Shown piece by piece: positions 47,285 to 57,447 of a stretch of 64,000 bases of DNA (positions within the stretch are counted from its first letter, which is position 1; each line of letters begins with the position of its first letter). This DNA comes from Neomegalonema sp. (GTDB lineage: Bacteria > Pseudomonadota > Alphaproteobacteria > Rhodobacterales > Rhodobacteraceae). Below the pieces are notes generated by a model, which saw only the letters and a list, made by a program, of their open reading frames with translations, made no database searches and was not told where the DNA came from. Made by a program: the position numbers and the translations under genes. The DNA is taken from contig JALEGB010000087.1 of the NCBI GenBank assembly GCA_022760355.1, positions 950-64,949 of the forward strand. The letters are read 5' to 3'.

Positions 47285-47944
47285 GTGGACGCGATCGTAA
47301 ATCTGATCGAAAAATTGAGCGCCAGCGACTGGTTCGCGCTTTTTTCAGCGCTGGTCGCCATCGTCTCGCTGTTCATCAACTTCTATGTCATACGGCGGCA
47401 GCTTGGCATCCAGGCGGAACAAGTCAGCGCCGCGATTGACGCGGAAAAGGGGCGGTGGCTCGCGGATGTGCTGCACGCATTTGGCGATGCTGCTGCGCTG
47501 GTGCAATCTCGCCTTGGCGTCTACACCGATCATGAATTTAAGCAGCGGCGGCTGGATGTTGCGAACCGGCTTTCCGTTCTAGCCGATCAGGGCCGCTTGT
47601 ACTTCCCGAATTTCTCGCCCGAAGCACGCGGCGCAGAAAAGCCTTCGGCCTACCGCGGCGCGCGCCAACCTGTACTCGACGGCGTTATTCTGGCCTTCGA
47701 CGTCGTCCGCTGCCTGGATCGGCTGCACGAGATTGATGAAGGCGAGTTGCTCGACATTCTGTTCGATTTGCGCCGCGTCGTTGTTTCGGAAGTCCAGTTC
47801 TCCACCGACCCGCGCCGTCGTGAGACGGTTCTAACCCTGACCCGCATGGTGCCGGCGGAGCAAACCAGCGACTCGAAGCAAGAAATCCAAAAGCTGCTGG
47901 CGCGTGTTGGTCAGCTGCCGCTGCGCAAAGTCAGCTTCGAATAA
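47285..47944 (+). CDS. hypothetical protein with one N-terminal TM helix
   Basis: The GTG at 47285 is preceded by GGGAGGGG. TM segment WFALFSALVAIVSLFINFYVI. No family was recognised. Confidence 0.45.
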   Translation: MDAIVNLIEKLSASDWFALFSALVAIVSLFINFYVIRRQLGIQAEQVSAAIDAEKGRWLADVLHAFGDAAALVQSRLGVYTDHEFKQRRLDVANRLSVLADQGRLYFPNFSPEARGAEKPSAYRGARQPVLDGVILAFDVVRCLDRLHEIDEGELLDILFDLRRVVVSEVQFSTDPRRRETVLTLTRMVPAEQTSDSKQEIQKLLARVGQLPLRKVSFE

Positions 47945-47950
47945 CGGGAT

Positions 47951-47976
47951 GGGGGAGGGCGTTTTCTCCCTCCCCT
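47951..47976. terminator. hairpin between convergent genes
   Basis: GGGGAGGG (47952-47959) pairs with CCCTCCCC (47968-47975) across the loop CGTTTTCT. Confidence 0.5.
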
Positions 47977-47999
47977 CCCCCAATAGCTGCTTCAAGGTC

Positions 48000-48449
48000 T
48001 TAAGCCGGGCACCAGCGCGGCTTTGGCTCCTTGCCATAATTCCACCGAGCGCCATGGCCCCGGACAATCATTGCGTCGACAAAGTCGACCGAGTAGGGCG
48101 CGCTTTCGACCACCACATCTGCGACCCAGCGCTCGTAGCGATCCCGGTAGGCCAGCGTCAGGCGCACCTTTCGATCGGCTAAGATGTCCGCCGCAGCTTT
48201 GCGCGCAGCGATCGCGCGCTTTTTCTCTTCCGCACAGCCATATCGGCGGAGCTCTGGCGTATCGAAGTTGCGCACCCGGATGCGATCACCGCCTGCGACC
48301 ACGAACGTGTCACCGTCGATGATACGTGCGACACGGGTAACGCGCTGCTCGGTCGGCGCGGCCGACGGGCCTGAGGTTGAAAGCCCAACACCAAGCATAA
48401 CAAGAAGAAGGCATAGGGCGGCGGCCCTACGCATATTCCGATAGCTCAT
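48000..48449 (-). CDS. secreted thermonuclease (SNase-like) family protein
   Basis: Signal peptide (AAALCLLLVMLGVGLSTSGPSAA) and SNase-like core VARIIDGDTFVV...RIRVRNFDTPE. Confidence 0.8.
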   Translation of the reverse strand: MSYRNMRRAAALCLLLVMLGVGLSTSGPSAAPTEQRVTRVARIIDGDTFVVAGGDRIRVRNFDTPELRRYGCAEEKKRAIAARKAAADILADRKVRLTLAYRDRYERWVADVVVESAPYSVDFVDAMIVRGHGARWNYGKEPKPRWCPA

Positions 48450-48583
48450 GATTGCCTCAATATCTGCGGGATCTATCGTCCCATTGCCCCAGATATCGGC
48501 GAAATCTCAGAATATTGCAAGAACTAAGCGGAGATCATGCACATATAGCGTATCGGCCGCGCTCATCGATCTTTGATCCGCCC

Positions 48584-50473
48584 TCAAATCTTGAGCTCAA
48601 CGCTTTGACGCAAAATACGTTTCTGCGCCGCAATCCTGAATGGCGCATTCGGCGCGCCATATCCCGCGTAGCCGCCACGACGCTGGACGATCTCAAAAAA
48701 CTGCCCGCCCCCAAATGGCCTGGAGTAGATCTGAAAGAAATCGCCACGCGCATCCTGATCATAGAGCACGTGCGCCGCCTTCATCGCCGACACCATCTCG
48801 TCGCTTAACTCAAAGCGGCTGGCCAGATCGTCATAATAATTCTGCGGAATCGGCAAAGGCTCAAAACCGCTTTGTTTCAGCCGCGCCGCCGAGGCGAAGA
48901 TATCATCCGTCGCAAAGGCGATATGCTGCACCGGCGCGCCGAAGCTCTCCATCAAGAAGGCGCCCGCCAAGGTACGATGCGTTTCGGCGCCATTGAGCGT
49001 GATCCTAAAATCACGCCCTGGCGCCTGCAGCGCTTGGCTCCGCACCAACCCGTTCGGATCGGTCACGTCAACCATCGGCGACTTCGTCAGATCAAATAGA
49101 GTTGTGTAAAATAGCGACCAGCTCAGCATCTCATCATAGCGCATCGTCTGCGCGATGTGGTCTACACGGGCCAATCCAGCCTCGGCGACCGTCGCATCCT
49201 CCACGGGCGTAAACTCGACTGACCAAACATCCGACAGCCCGCTCGCCTCATCCACAAAGTGCAGAACGCTGCCGGCCAACCCGCGTACAGCCGGAATATC
49301 AAGCTGCCCCGGGCTTAACGGCTGTGAAAATGCTGCGGCCCCAAGCGCCTGAGCCCGCGCCGCCGTATCGGCCGCGGAAGAGACCTGCAGGCCGATATCG
49401 CAAACCGAGGTGCCGCGCATGGTATAGACGGAGCCGGCGAAATCACCTTCCTCTTCATTCAACACCAGCCGGATATCGCCCTGGCGCCAGAGGGTCAGGT
49501 TCTTTGTGATATGCCGCCCCGCCTTCCGAAAACCGAGGCTGCGCAACAGCGCGGCCAAGGCCGCCGCCTCGGCGCCGCGGGTCGCAAATTCAATGAACTC
49601 GACCCGCTCCACCTTTGTGCGCGCGGGCGTGGCGATCGGTCCAATCTGCGCGCCGGGCGTGCTTCGGCGCACATCATCGATCACACATTGGAGCGCGCGA
49701 TATCCATCCTTGGCGATGGTCTTGGGGCTGCCGCCGCGGAATTGATCATTAAAGATTTCCAGACTGACCGGACCATCATAACCGGTCGACACTACGGCCT
49801 GCATAAAGCGCAATATCGCGAGGTCCCCCTCCCCCGGCATGCTCCGGAAATGGCGCGAGCGGTACTGCAGATCCATCTCAATCTCCGGCGCGTCCGCCAA
49901 CTGCACGAAGAAGATCTTGTCCGACGGAATTCGGCGCACGCTTTCAGGCTCAATCTTGGGGCCGAGCGTATGAAAACTGTCGAGGATAAGCCCGACATTT
50001 GGGTGATCTGCGCGCCGTACAATTTCCCACGCGTCACGATGGTCGGCGATATACCGCCCCCACGCCACCGCCTCATATCCGACGCGCAAACCGCGCGCCG
50101 CCGCGCGTTCCCCGAGCTCTCGGAAATCCGCCGCCGCCCGATCCGCGCCGCCTAGGGCGCCCGGATGCTGCGAGGCGCAGACAAGCATCAGCTCCGCCCC
50201 CAGCTCCTGCATCAAATCGAACTTCCGCTCAGCCCGATCGAAGGCTTTGCCGCGCAACGGTTCCGGCAGCCCTTCAAAATCGCGAAAAGGCTGGAACAAC
50301 ATGATCTCCAGCCCATGATCGCGCACCATTCGGCCAACCTCGGCCGGCGCGCCGTCATGAGTGACGACATCTTGCTCGAAGATCTCAATCCCGCCGAAGC
50401 CCGCCTCGGCGATCGCCTCAAGCTTCTCCGTCAAATCACCCGAAATCGAAACGGTCGCGATGGAGGTCTTCAT
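48584..50473 (-). CDS. quiC: 3-dehydroshikimate dehydratase, fusion type (xylose-isomerase-like TIM barrel plus HPPD-like VOC domains)
   Basis: 629 aa. The N-terminal sugar-phosphate isomerase/epimerase-like barrel is fused to a C-terminal 4-hydroxyphenylpyruvate-dioxygenase-like domain (...FFEIVQRRGGYAGYGAPNAPFR). It lies adjacent to a shikimate dehydrogenase gene. Confidence 0.78.
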   Translation of the reverse strand: MKTSIATVSISGDLTEKLEAIAEAGFGGIEIFEQDVVTHDGAPAEVGRMVRDHGLEIMLFQPFRDFEGLPEPLRGKAFDRAERKFDLMQELGAELMLVCASQHPGALGGADRAAADFRELGERAAARGLRVGYEAVAWGRYIADHRDAWEIVRRADHPNVGLILDSFHTLGPKIEPESVRRIPSDKIFFVQLADAPEIEMDLQYRSRHFRSMPGEGDLAILRFMQAVVSTGYDGPVSLEIFNDQFRGGSPKTIAKDGYRALQCVIDDVRRSTPGAQIGPIATPARTKVERVEFIEFATRGAEAAALAALLRSLGFRKAGRHITKNLTLWRQGDIRLVLNEEEGDFAGSVYTMRGTSVCDIGLQVSSAADTAARAQALGAAAFSQPLSPGQLDIPAVRGLAGSVLHFVDEASGLSDVWSVEFTPVEDATVAEAGLARVDHIAQTMRYDEMLSWSLFYTTLFDLTKSPMVDVTDPNGLVRSQALQAPGRDFRITLNGAETHRTLAGAFLMESFGAPVQHIAFATDDIFASAARLKQSGFEPLPIPQNYYDDLASRFELSDEMVSAMKAAHVLYDQDARGDFFQIYSRPFGGGQFFEIVQRRGGYAGYGAPNAPFRIAAQKRILRQSVELKI

Positions 50474-50484
50474 AGCCCCTCTCC

Positions 50485-51348
50485 TTACAGCTTCAGCGCC
50501 TCCTTCAGCGCTGCGCCATCAACATCCAGTCCGGAAAATAACCGCCAGGCTTGGACGCCTTGGAAAAAGAACAACGCCTCGCCGGAGATGGTTTGCAGCC
50601 CCTCCGCCTCAGCATCTTGAAGAAACTGCGTATCAGGGGGCGTGTAAACAGCGTCAAAAGCCCACTGCGCGCCAATAATCGCCGCGCGGGGCGCAGGGGT
50701 CCCCTCATACCCAGCCATCCCGACCGGCGTGCAGTTGATGACGCCAGCGGCGCCGTCCGCCGCGGCTTCCACGGAGCTCCAGACACTGACTTCCTTCAGC
50801 GGGGCGTGCGCATGCAAATCATCCGCCAGCCCCTGCGCTTTAGCCTGGTTCCGATCGGCGATGCGGATGCTTTCGGCCCCCAGCGCAGCCAAGCCGAAGG
50901 CGACAGCACGGCCGACGCCGCCCGCGCCGATCAGCAGAACGACGCCAGGCGGCGCGTCGCCGCGGGCGGAGCGATAGGCGGCGACAAAACCGCTCAGATC
51001 GGTGTTGAACCCAACCGCAGCGCCCGCCTGAAACAACACCGTATTCACCGCGCCGACGCCGCGAACCAGCGGATCGTCGATCGAAACAAGTTCCGCCGCA
51101 CGTTCCTTGTAAGGGTAGGTGACGTTCACCCCCCGCAAGCCTTTGGCCGCACAGTCGCGCAGGGTGTCGTCAAAGGACGCGCCCAGCTCATTGGGAACGT
51201 ACAGCCCATATTCGACCGCCAGCTCACATTGCCGCCCCGCCGCCCGATGCAGCTCCGGCGAACGCGACTGGGCGATATTTGCGCCGATCAATCCCAATCG
51301 CAAATCGGGTTTGACGACGACGCCGGTCGGCTGAGCGGATACGGGCAT
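50485..51348 (-). CDS. shikimate/quinate 5-dehydrogenase (AroE/YdiB family)
   Basis: Contains GLIGANIAQSRSPELH, NVTYPYKE, GAVNTV, FNTDLSGF, and LLIGAGGVGRAVAFGL. Confidence 0.85.
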   Translation of the reverse strand: MPVSAQPTGVVVKPDLRLGLIGANIAQSRSPELHRAAGRQCELAVEYGLYVPNELGASFDDTLRDCAAKGLRGVNVTYPYKERAAELVSIDDPLVRGVGAVNTVLFQAGAAVGFNTDLSGFVAAYRSARGDAPPGVVLLIGAGGVGRAVAFGLAALGAESIRIADRNQAKAQGLADDLHAHAPLKEVSVWSSVEAAADGAAGVINCTPVGMAGYEGTPAPRAAIIGAQWAFDAVYTPPDTQFLQDAEAEGLQTISGEALFFFQGVQAWRLFSGLDVDGAALKEALKL

Positions 51349-51349
51349 A

Positions 51350-52870
51350 TCACCCCTCCTTCACATTAGAGCGTCGCCTCGTAAGCCGCCTGAAAGTCGC
51401 TCGGAAGGGGATTTGCGACAGGAAAATCAAGACAACCGCGACAAACAAGGTGAGCGACAGCGGGCTAGAGACCACCCCCTCAAAGAAGCGGCCCAGATCC
51501 TCCCGCTCCGAGATGATGGCGCGTCGCCAATTGTCGTCCAGTAGGCGCGAGAGGATCACCCCCAGAATGACCGGCCCCAGCGGATAGCCGTACAGCCGCA
51601 TGAAATAGCCAAAGACGCCGAAACCGAGCATCCAATAAACGTCGGTGATCGCGTTCTTCACGGCGTAAGCGCCAACAACAGACAAGAGCATGATCAGCGG
51701 AAACAGCACGGACTTCGGCATTTCTACGATCTTGGTGAACAGCCGCAGACCGGTCAGCCCGAACAGCAGCATGAAGCAGTTCGCCGCCACAAGAGAACCG
51801 ACGATAAACCAGAACATATCCGGCTTCTCGATCATCAGCATCGGACCTGGGTTGAGACCATGGATGAACAGCGCGCCGATCATGATCGCCGTCACCGCAT
51901 CGCCGGGGATGCCAAGGGTTGTCATCGGAATAAAAGCGCCGCCGACCGCGGCGTTATTCGCCGTCTCGGGCGCGACCAGCCCCTCCATCGCGCCGTCCCC
52001 GAACTCGCGCTCTGGGTTCTTCGTGACGCGCTTCGCGTGGTCATAGGCCAGCAACGCCGCGATATCGCCGCCGGTGCCCGGCAACGCGCCAATAATGACC
52101 CCGATCGACGATGTTTGCAGCGACAAAGGCAGGTACTTTTTGATCACGCTGAAGGAAGGCACGATGCGGGAGATCTTCTGGCGGATCACCGGCGCGCTGA
52201 CGGTATGCAGCTGTAGCAAGGCCTCCGACACGCCAAACATGCCGATCATCACCGCAATGAACGAGATGCCGCCGGTCAGCGCCTCGAAGCCAAAAGTGAA
52301 GCGCTCCGTAAAAGTGAGCGGATCCAGCCCAACCGCACCGATCACCAGTCCAAATGCGCCGGCGAACACGCCTTTAGCCAGGCTGCCGCTGGAGAGCGAC
52401 CCAACCAGAAGAATACCCAGCACCGCCAGTAACATGTAATCCCGCGGCTGAAACTTCAGCGCGAAATCTGAAATGAATGGAGCCGCCAGCGCGAGGACCG
52501 CAATGCCGACCAAGCCGCCGAAGAAAGACATCACGGTGGTGACGCCGATCGCTTCGCCGGCCTCGCCGCGCTTGGCCATAGGATAGCCGTCCAGCGCCGT
52601 CGCAATTGCAGAGGGCGCGCCCGGGATATTCAGTAGAATCGCCGTACGCGAACCGCCGTAAACGCCGCCCATATAGATGCCGATCATAAGCGCGATCGCT
52701 GGATAGACATCCCAGGAAAAAGTGAAGCTGATCAGGATCGACACCGCCATCGTCACCGAGAGGCCCGGAATAGCGCCAACATAGACGCCGGCGAAGGTGC
52801 CGAGCGCCGACAGCAGCAGCAGCTTCGGCGTGATAAAGACCGTCAGAAACGCCATCAAAGCGTCCATCAC
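51350..52870 (-). CDS. tctA: tripartite tricarboxylate transporter large permease
   Basis: 506-aa polytopic protein with GAIPGLSVTMAVSIL and ALPGTGGDIAALLAY. Confidence 0.9.
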   Translation of the reverse strand: MMDALMAFLTVFITPKLLLLSALGTFAGVYVGAIPGLSVTMAVSILISFTFSWDVYPAIALMIGIYMGGVYGGSRTAILLNIPGAPSAIATALDGYPMAKRGEAGEAIGVTTVMSFFGGLVGIAVLALAAPFISDFALKFQPRDYMLLAVLGILLVGSLSSGSLAKGVFAGAFGLVIGAVGLDPLTFTERFTFGFEALTGGISFIAVMIGMFGVSEALLQLHTVSAPVIRQKISRIVPSFSVIKKYLPLSLQTSSIGVIIGALPGTGGDIAALLAYDHAKRVTKNPEREFGDGAMEGLVAPETANNAAVGGAFIPMTTLGIPGDAVTAIMIGALFIHGLNPGPMLMIEKPDMFWFIVGSLVAANCFMLLFGLTGLRLFTKIVEMPKSVLFPLIMLLSVVGAYAVKNAITDVYWMLGFGVFGYFMRLYGYPLGPVILGVILSRLLDDNWRRAIISEREDLGRFFEGVVSSPLSLTLFVAVVLIFLSQIPFRATFRRLTRRRSNVKEG

Positions 52871-53430
52871 TTCCCTCCGGATTTCGTAAGATCACGGAAG
52901 AACTGAACAATTTCCGCTTCGGGAAAGACGCCTTCCGGCATCAGAACGGTGAAGACAACGCGGAAAATCAGCCAGATCAGCAACAGCGATCCGAGCGATA
53001 CCGCGAAAGTGAACCCCCAGCCCCGACGAGCGAGAATTTTAACGCCAGCGATCAAAAACAGCGCCGCAGTCGGCACAAATCCAAGCGGTTCCAGTAGAGA
53101 TGCGATGCCCCCAAGCATCAGCACAAATATGACGACGACCCAGGGCAGAATATGTTTGCCCAATCTCTCCGACATCACGCGCTTCAACTGCACGGTGCGG
53201 GCGAGGATGATGAGCACCGACAGCACCATGACGCCGGTAGCGGCCATCGGCACTGTGCCCGGCGCCGACAGCTTCTCAAAGCCCGAGATTCCGTAGGCGT
53301 TCCAGAGCAACCCAATGCTCGCCGCCAGCAACACCAGCGTGAATACAATCTCGCCGGGGCGTCTTTTGTTCTCATAGCCGCCTGGCGTGGCGTCAGAGGA
53401 GCCGCTATGCTGTTCGTTTTCTATCGACAT
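52867..53430 (-). CDS. tctB: tripartite tricarboxylate transporter small subunit
   Basis: Four-TM small protein between tctC and tctA, with a 4-nt overlap with tctA. The ATG at 53430 is preceded by GGGAGG. Confidence 0.7.
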   Translation of the reverse strand: MSIENEQHSGSSDATPGGYENKRRPGEIVFTLVLLAASIGLLWNAYGISGFEKLSAPGTVPMAATGVMVLSVLIILARTVQLKRVMSERLGKHILPWVVVIFVLMLGGIASLLEPLGFVPTAALFLIAGVKILARRGWGFTFAVSLGSLLLIWLIFRVVFTVLMPEGVFPEAEIVQFFRDLTKSGGK

Positions 53431-53544
53431 GTTGTTCGTTCCTCCCGCCATGCTTCGTTTTCGTATGAAAAAGGCGCCGCCTCTGCTGAGATGCGACGCC
53501 CAAATCATTAGCACGCGCCTGATTTCATCAGGTCATACATTTGT

Positions 53545-54549
53545 TTACTTAGCCGGGCGTGCGATGCCGAATTCTTCCGGCGACTTTTTCGCCAAGCCCG
53601 CATCGTGCAGCAGCCATGCCGTATTCTGCTGCCACTTGGTCAGAAACTCCTGCGCTTCTTTTCCGCTTGTGCCCATAATCGTGAAGCCGCGGCCTTCCAT
53701 CAGCTTGACGAAATCCGGATGCTTGATGCCTTCCGCATAGGCTGCGCTGAGCTTCGCGACAACGTCAGCCGGCGTGCCTTTCGGCGCGAACACGCCAAAG
53801 AACGGGCCCCATGGCAAGAAGCTCTCGTACTTTTTGTTGAACGAGGTGATGACCGGCGTTTTCGGCAGGTAAGGCTGCGGCTTAACGTCAAATACCGCCA
53901 AAGCTTTCATCTTGCCGGCGCGGATGCCTTCGATGGCTGCGCCCAAGACAGCCGGCATAACGTCAATCGCGCCGCCTTGCAGCGCGGTCAGAGCCGGGCC
54001 GTCGCCGTCAAACGGCACCGCAATTACGTCCAACTTGCCTTCGACGGTGGTCATCATCGCCGTCACAACCGAAGGCAGGCCGCCAGGACCGGTTGCGCCC
54101 ATGCGCAGTGCGCCAGGGTTCTTTTTTATATACGCCATCATGCCAGCGTAATCATCGTACGGCGCATCGGCCCGCGCGACCAGAACCGGGGTGCCGCGTG
54201 CGAGCAGAACGATGGGCACGAAGTCAGTATAGTCTTTTTTGCCGAGGCCCATGATCTTGTAGAGCAGCGGGTTTTCCGCACCCATCAGCAGGGTGTAGCC
54301 GTCCGCTTTGCCGCGCGCGACAAAGTTGAGCGCGATGGCGCCGACGCCGCCGGTCATGTTCTGCATGACGATGGTTCCGCCGAGCGCCTTTTCGGCATGC
54401 GGAGTGACCGAACGCATCACCGTGTCCGTGGAGCCGCCTGCGCCCCATTGGATGACGCCTTTGATTTCTTTAGTTGGATACTCTTCCGCAACTGCGCCGG
54501 TCGACACCAGAGCAAGCGCTGCGGCAGCGCTGAGCATAAAACGTTTCAA
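53545..54549 (-). CDS. tctC: tripartite tricarboxylate transporter substrate-binding protein (Bug/TctC family)
   Basis: Signal peptide, then YPTKEIKGVIQWGAGGSTD...NMTGGVGAIA. Confidence 0.85.
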   Translation of the reverse strand: MKRFMLSAAAALALVSTGAVAEEYPTKEIKGVIQWGAGGSTDTVMRSVTPHAEKALGGTIVMQNMTGGVGAIALNFVARGKADGYTLLMGAENPLLYKIMGLGKKDYTDFVPIVLLARGTPVLVARADAPYDDYAGMMAYIKKNPGALRMGATGPGGLPSVVTAMMTTVEGKLDVIAVPFDGDGPALTALQGGAIDVMPAVLGAAIEGIRAGKMKALAVFDVKPQPYLPKTPVITSFNKKYESFLPWGPFFGVFAPKGTPADVVAKLSAAYAEGIKHPDFVKLMEGRGFTIMGTSGKEAQEFLTKWQQNTAWLLHDAGLAKKSPEEFGIARPAK

Positions 54550-54690
54550 TGCTTCCTCCCGAAGTTGGTTTTGCGCCGGTAAACGGCGAGCGGCGCGTTT
54601 GCGCGCTTTCGCGTGAACCGCCGCCTGGGAGTATTTCCGAGCAAAACAGCTAACATCAATTACAAAATTTGCGTCAAACTGAACATTATG

Positions 54691-55620
54691 TTAATTTGAC
54701 GTTGCAAGATCCTGAATTGGAGCGTCAATCGCCGCGGCAAGCTCCTGGCGAAATTGGCGGATCGCAAAATCTGCAAAGGTTGACAGCACCCGCCCCCTTT
54801 TCCGCGCCACATAAACCTCGATCGGGTTGCTCTCGACAAGCGGTCGACGCAGCAGGCCCGGCATATACACTTCCGCGACCGAGAACCGATCAATCAACGC
54901 GACGCCGAGCCCATGACGCACGAGACTCACGACCGTCTGAGCAAAGCGCCCCCGCATGCTCTGTTTAAATTCAAGCCCTGCGTCGCGAAACGGCTTCGAG
55001 ATCAGCGCGCCATAAGGGTCCGCCGGATCGACCCCGACAATCGGCTCGTGAACAAGATCATGGACCGAGATGCTGGCCTTTGCGCCAAGAGGATGGCCCT
55101 CCGGCAGAATGACCACCGTTTGCCCAACGGCGAGACGCTCGCTTTCAACCCCCTCGCTTTGCACCTTTGAGCTCATGACGACAAACTCGCCCCGCTCCAG
55201 CAGCAAGTAGTCGGCCGTTTCTTCAATTTTGAGAATATTCAGATCGATAAAAAGATCGGGAAAATGCTTGCGCAAATTTCGGATCGCGCGCGCAGCAATG
55301 AACTGCGCGACGGAAGGGGCCGATGCAAACGCCAGCCGCACATCCTCGCCCTTCTGCAGGGCGCTAAGCGCGATCTGTAGGTTCTCGACGCCCTTATAGA
55401 CCTCACGGATCTGATCGAACACCAAGTCCGCCTCAACAGACGGCACAAACAGTCCGGCGCGGCGCTCAAACAAGCGCAGCCCCAGCGTTTCCTCCGTATG
55501 CTTGATCAGTCGGCTGACGCCAGGGGCGGACACGCCAAGATGCTCCGCCGCCCCGGTAATCGTACCGCGAAGCATGACGGCGCGAATAACTTCGATCTGA
55601 CGCAGCGTAATTTCCCGCAT
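54691..55620 (-). CDS. LysR-family transcriptional regulator
   Basis: The ATG at 55620 is preceded by GGAGGAGG. HTH region LRQIEVIRAVMLRGTITGAAEHLGVSAPGVSRLIKHTEETLGLRLFER. Confidence 0.85.
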   Translation of the reverse strand: MREITLRQIEVIRAVMLRGTITGAAEHLGVSAPGVSRLIKHTEETLGLRLFERRAGLFVPSVEADLVFDQIREVYKGVENLQIALSALQKGEDVRLAFASAPSVAQFIAARAIRNLRKHFPDLFIDLNILKIEETADYLLLERGEFVVMSSKVQSEGVESERLAVGQTVVILPEGHPLGAKASISVHDLVHEPIVGVDPADPYGALISKPFRDAGLEFKQSMRGRFAQTVVSLVRHGLGVALIDRFSVAEVYMPGLLRRPLVESNPIEVYVARKRGRVLSTFADFAIRQFRQELAAAIDAPIQDLATSN

Positions 55621-55758
55621 ATCCGGTCCTCCTCCCCGCAACCTTAACATCATGTTAAATCTGCCTCCAAATAGACATTTGACGTTACAGGGAAGCTTGG
55701 AAAGAGTTTCCAAAAGCGCCTTTCCATCCGGAAAACGCCGCGATCAAGCTGGCCGCCC

Positions 55759-57447
55759 ATGACCAACGCCCCTCGCTACGATCTTATTGTCCTCGGTTCC
55801 GGCGCAGCTGGGCTCTCAGCCGCGGTTACAGCCGCCGCGCGAGGGCTCCGGGTCGCCGTGATCGAAAAAGAGCCTGTGTTGGGCGGCACAACCGCCTGGT
55901 CAGGCGGATGGATCTGGTGCCCGCGCAATCCTGTCGCCATACGCGCGGGGATCCGCGAAGATGTGAGCGCGCCGCGCGCCTATCTAAAGTCGGTCCTTGG
56001 CAATCATTTCGACCCGGAGCGCGTAGACGCCTTTCTTGAAGCGGCGCCCCAGATGGTCGCCTTCTTCGAAAGTGAAACAGCGCTGCGCTTTGAGGGCGGG
56101 CTCAAGATCCCAGACACGTATTGCGAGCGTCCCGGCGCGGGAACGGGCGGCCGCTCGGTGATCGCAGCGCCATTTGACGCCCGCCAGCTGGGCCGCGCCG
56201 TCGCGCTGCTGCGCAAGCCGATGTCAGAAACGACGCTTTGGGGCATGACGATCCAAGCCGGCGCCGATTTGCGCGCATTTCTAACGGCGATGCGCTCAAG
56301 CCGCTCCTTCGCCTATGTCGCCATGCGCGTGACCCGCCACCTGCGCGATCTCGCCTTTCACAGCCGCGGCATGGAGCTGCGCAATGGCGCGGCGCTCGTT
56401 GGGCGACTGGTTCAATCGGCGCTTGATTTTGGCGTCGCGTTTCTCACCGAACGCAAAGTCGCCACGCTCATCGAAGAATCCGGCCGCGTCGTCGGCGTTC
56501 GGTTTGCAGACGACGCCTGGCCGCCGCTTACCGCAGCGCGCGGCGTCGTGCTGGCGTGCGGCGGCTATCCACATGACAGCGCTCGCCGCGCCGCCACCTA
56601 TCCGCGCAATGATGAGCACGCCGCGCTCGCCGTCCCCGCGGCGACCGGCGATGGCCTCGCCCTTGGCGAATCTGTCGGTGGCGCGTTCAACGCTGCAATC
56701 GCGCGTCCCGCCGCATTTTGCCCGGTTTCAATCGTCCCCTGGGGCAATGGTGAAACGGGGCGCTTTCCGCATATTATTGAACGCGGCAAACCCGGCGTCA
56801 TCGGCGTTCTCGCAAATGGACGCCGCTTCTGTAACGAAGGGCTCGGTTATTACGACTATGTCGAAGCCCTGCTGAACAATGCGCCGGATGATCAGCCCGC
56901 GCGATCATGGTTGATCTGCGATCACCGCTTTATCAGACGCTATGGGCTGGGAATCGTACGCCCCGCGCCAATGCCGCTCGGCGCTTGGATCAAACGGGGA
57001 TATCTCAAGCGCGGCAAAACCCCCGCAGAGCTCGCCGCGGCCTGTGGTGTCGATCCGGCGGGCCTCTCCGAAACGCTGGCCCGCTGGAACAGCGCGGCTC
57101 GAGCGGGAGAGGATCCTGAGTTCAACCGTGGCGAGACCGCCTATATGCGACTGCAAGGCGACCCGGACCAAACGCCCAACCCGTGCGTAGCGCCCATCGA
57201 TCAGCCGCCCTATTACGCGGTTGAGGTTATTCCCGGCAGCTTTGGCAGCTTCGCCGGCCTGTCGACCGACGGTTCCGCCCGCGTCCTGCGCGCGGACGGC
57301 TCGCCGATCGCCGGGCTTTACGCCGTTGGAACCGACGCGGCGAGCGTGTTTGGCGGATTTTATCCGGCCGGCGGCGTCAATCTTGGCCCAGCAATGACAT
57401 TTGGCTTCATCGCCGGGCGCTGCGCAGCATCGGAGCACACCGCATGA
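55759..57447 (+). CDS. FAD-dependent oxidoreductase (fumarate reductase/KstD-like flavoprotein family)
   Basis: Contains YDLIVLGSGAAGLSAAVTAAARGLRVAVIEKEPVLGGTTAWSGG and the C-terminal FAD motif GLYAVGTD. Confidence 0.8.
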   Translation: MTNAPRYDLIVLGSGAAGLSAAVTAAARGLRVAVIEKEPVLGGTTAWSGGWIWCPRNPVAIRAGIREDVSAPRAYLKSVLGNHFDPERVDAFLEAAPQMVAFFESETALRFEGGLKIPDTYCERPGAGTGGRSVIAAPFDARQLGRAVALLRKPMSETTLWGMTIQAGADLRAFLTAMRSSRSFAYVAMRVTRHLRDLAFHSRGMELRNGAALVGRLVQSALDFGVAFLTERKVATLIEESGRVVGVRFADDAWPPLTAARGVVLACGGYPHDSARRAATYPRNDEHAALAVPAATGDGLALGESVGGAFNAAIARPAAFCPVSIVPWGNGETGRFPHIIERGKPGVIGVLANGRRFCNEGLGYYDYVEALLNNAPDDQPARSWLICDHRFIRRYGLGIVRPAPMPLGAWIKRGYLKRGKTPAELAAACGVDPAGLSETLARWNSAARAGEDPEFNRGETAYMRLQGDPDQTPNPCVAPIDQPPYYAVEVIPGSFGSFAGLSTDGSARVLRADGSPIAGLYAVGTDAASVFGGFYPAGGVNLGPAMTFGFIAGRCAASEHTA

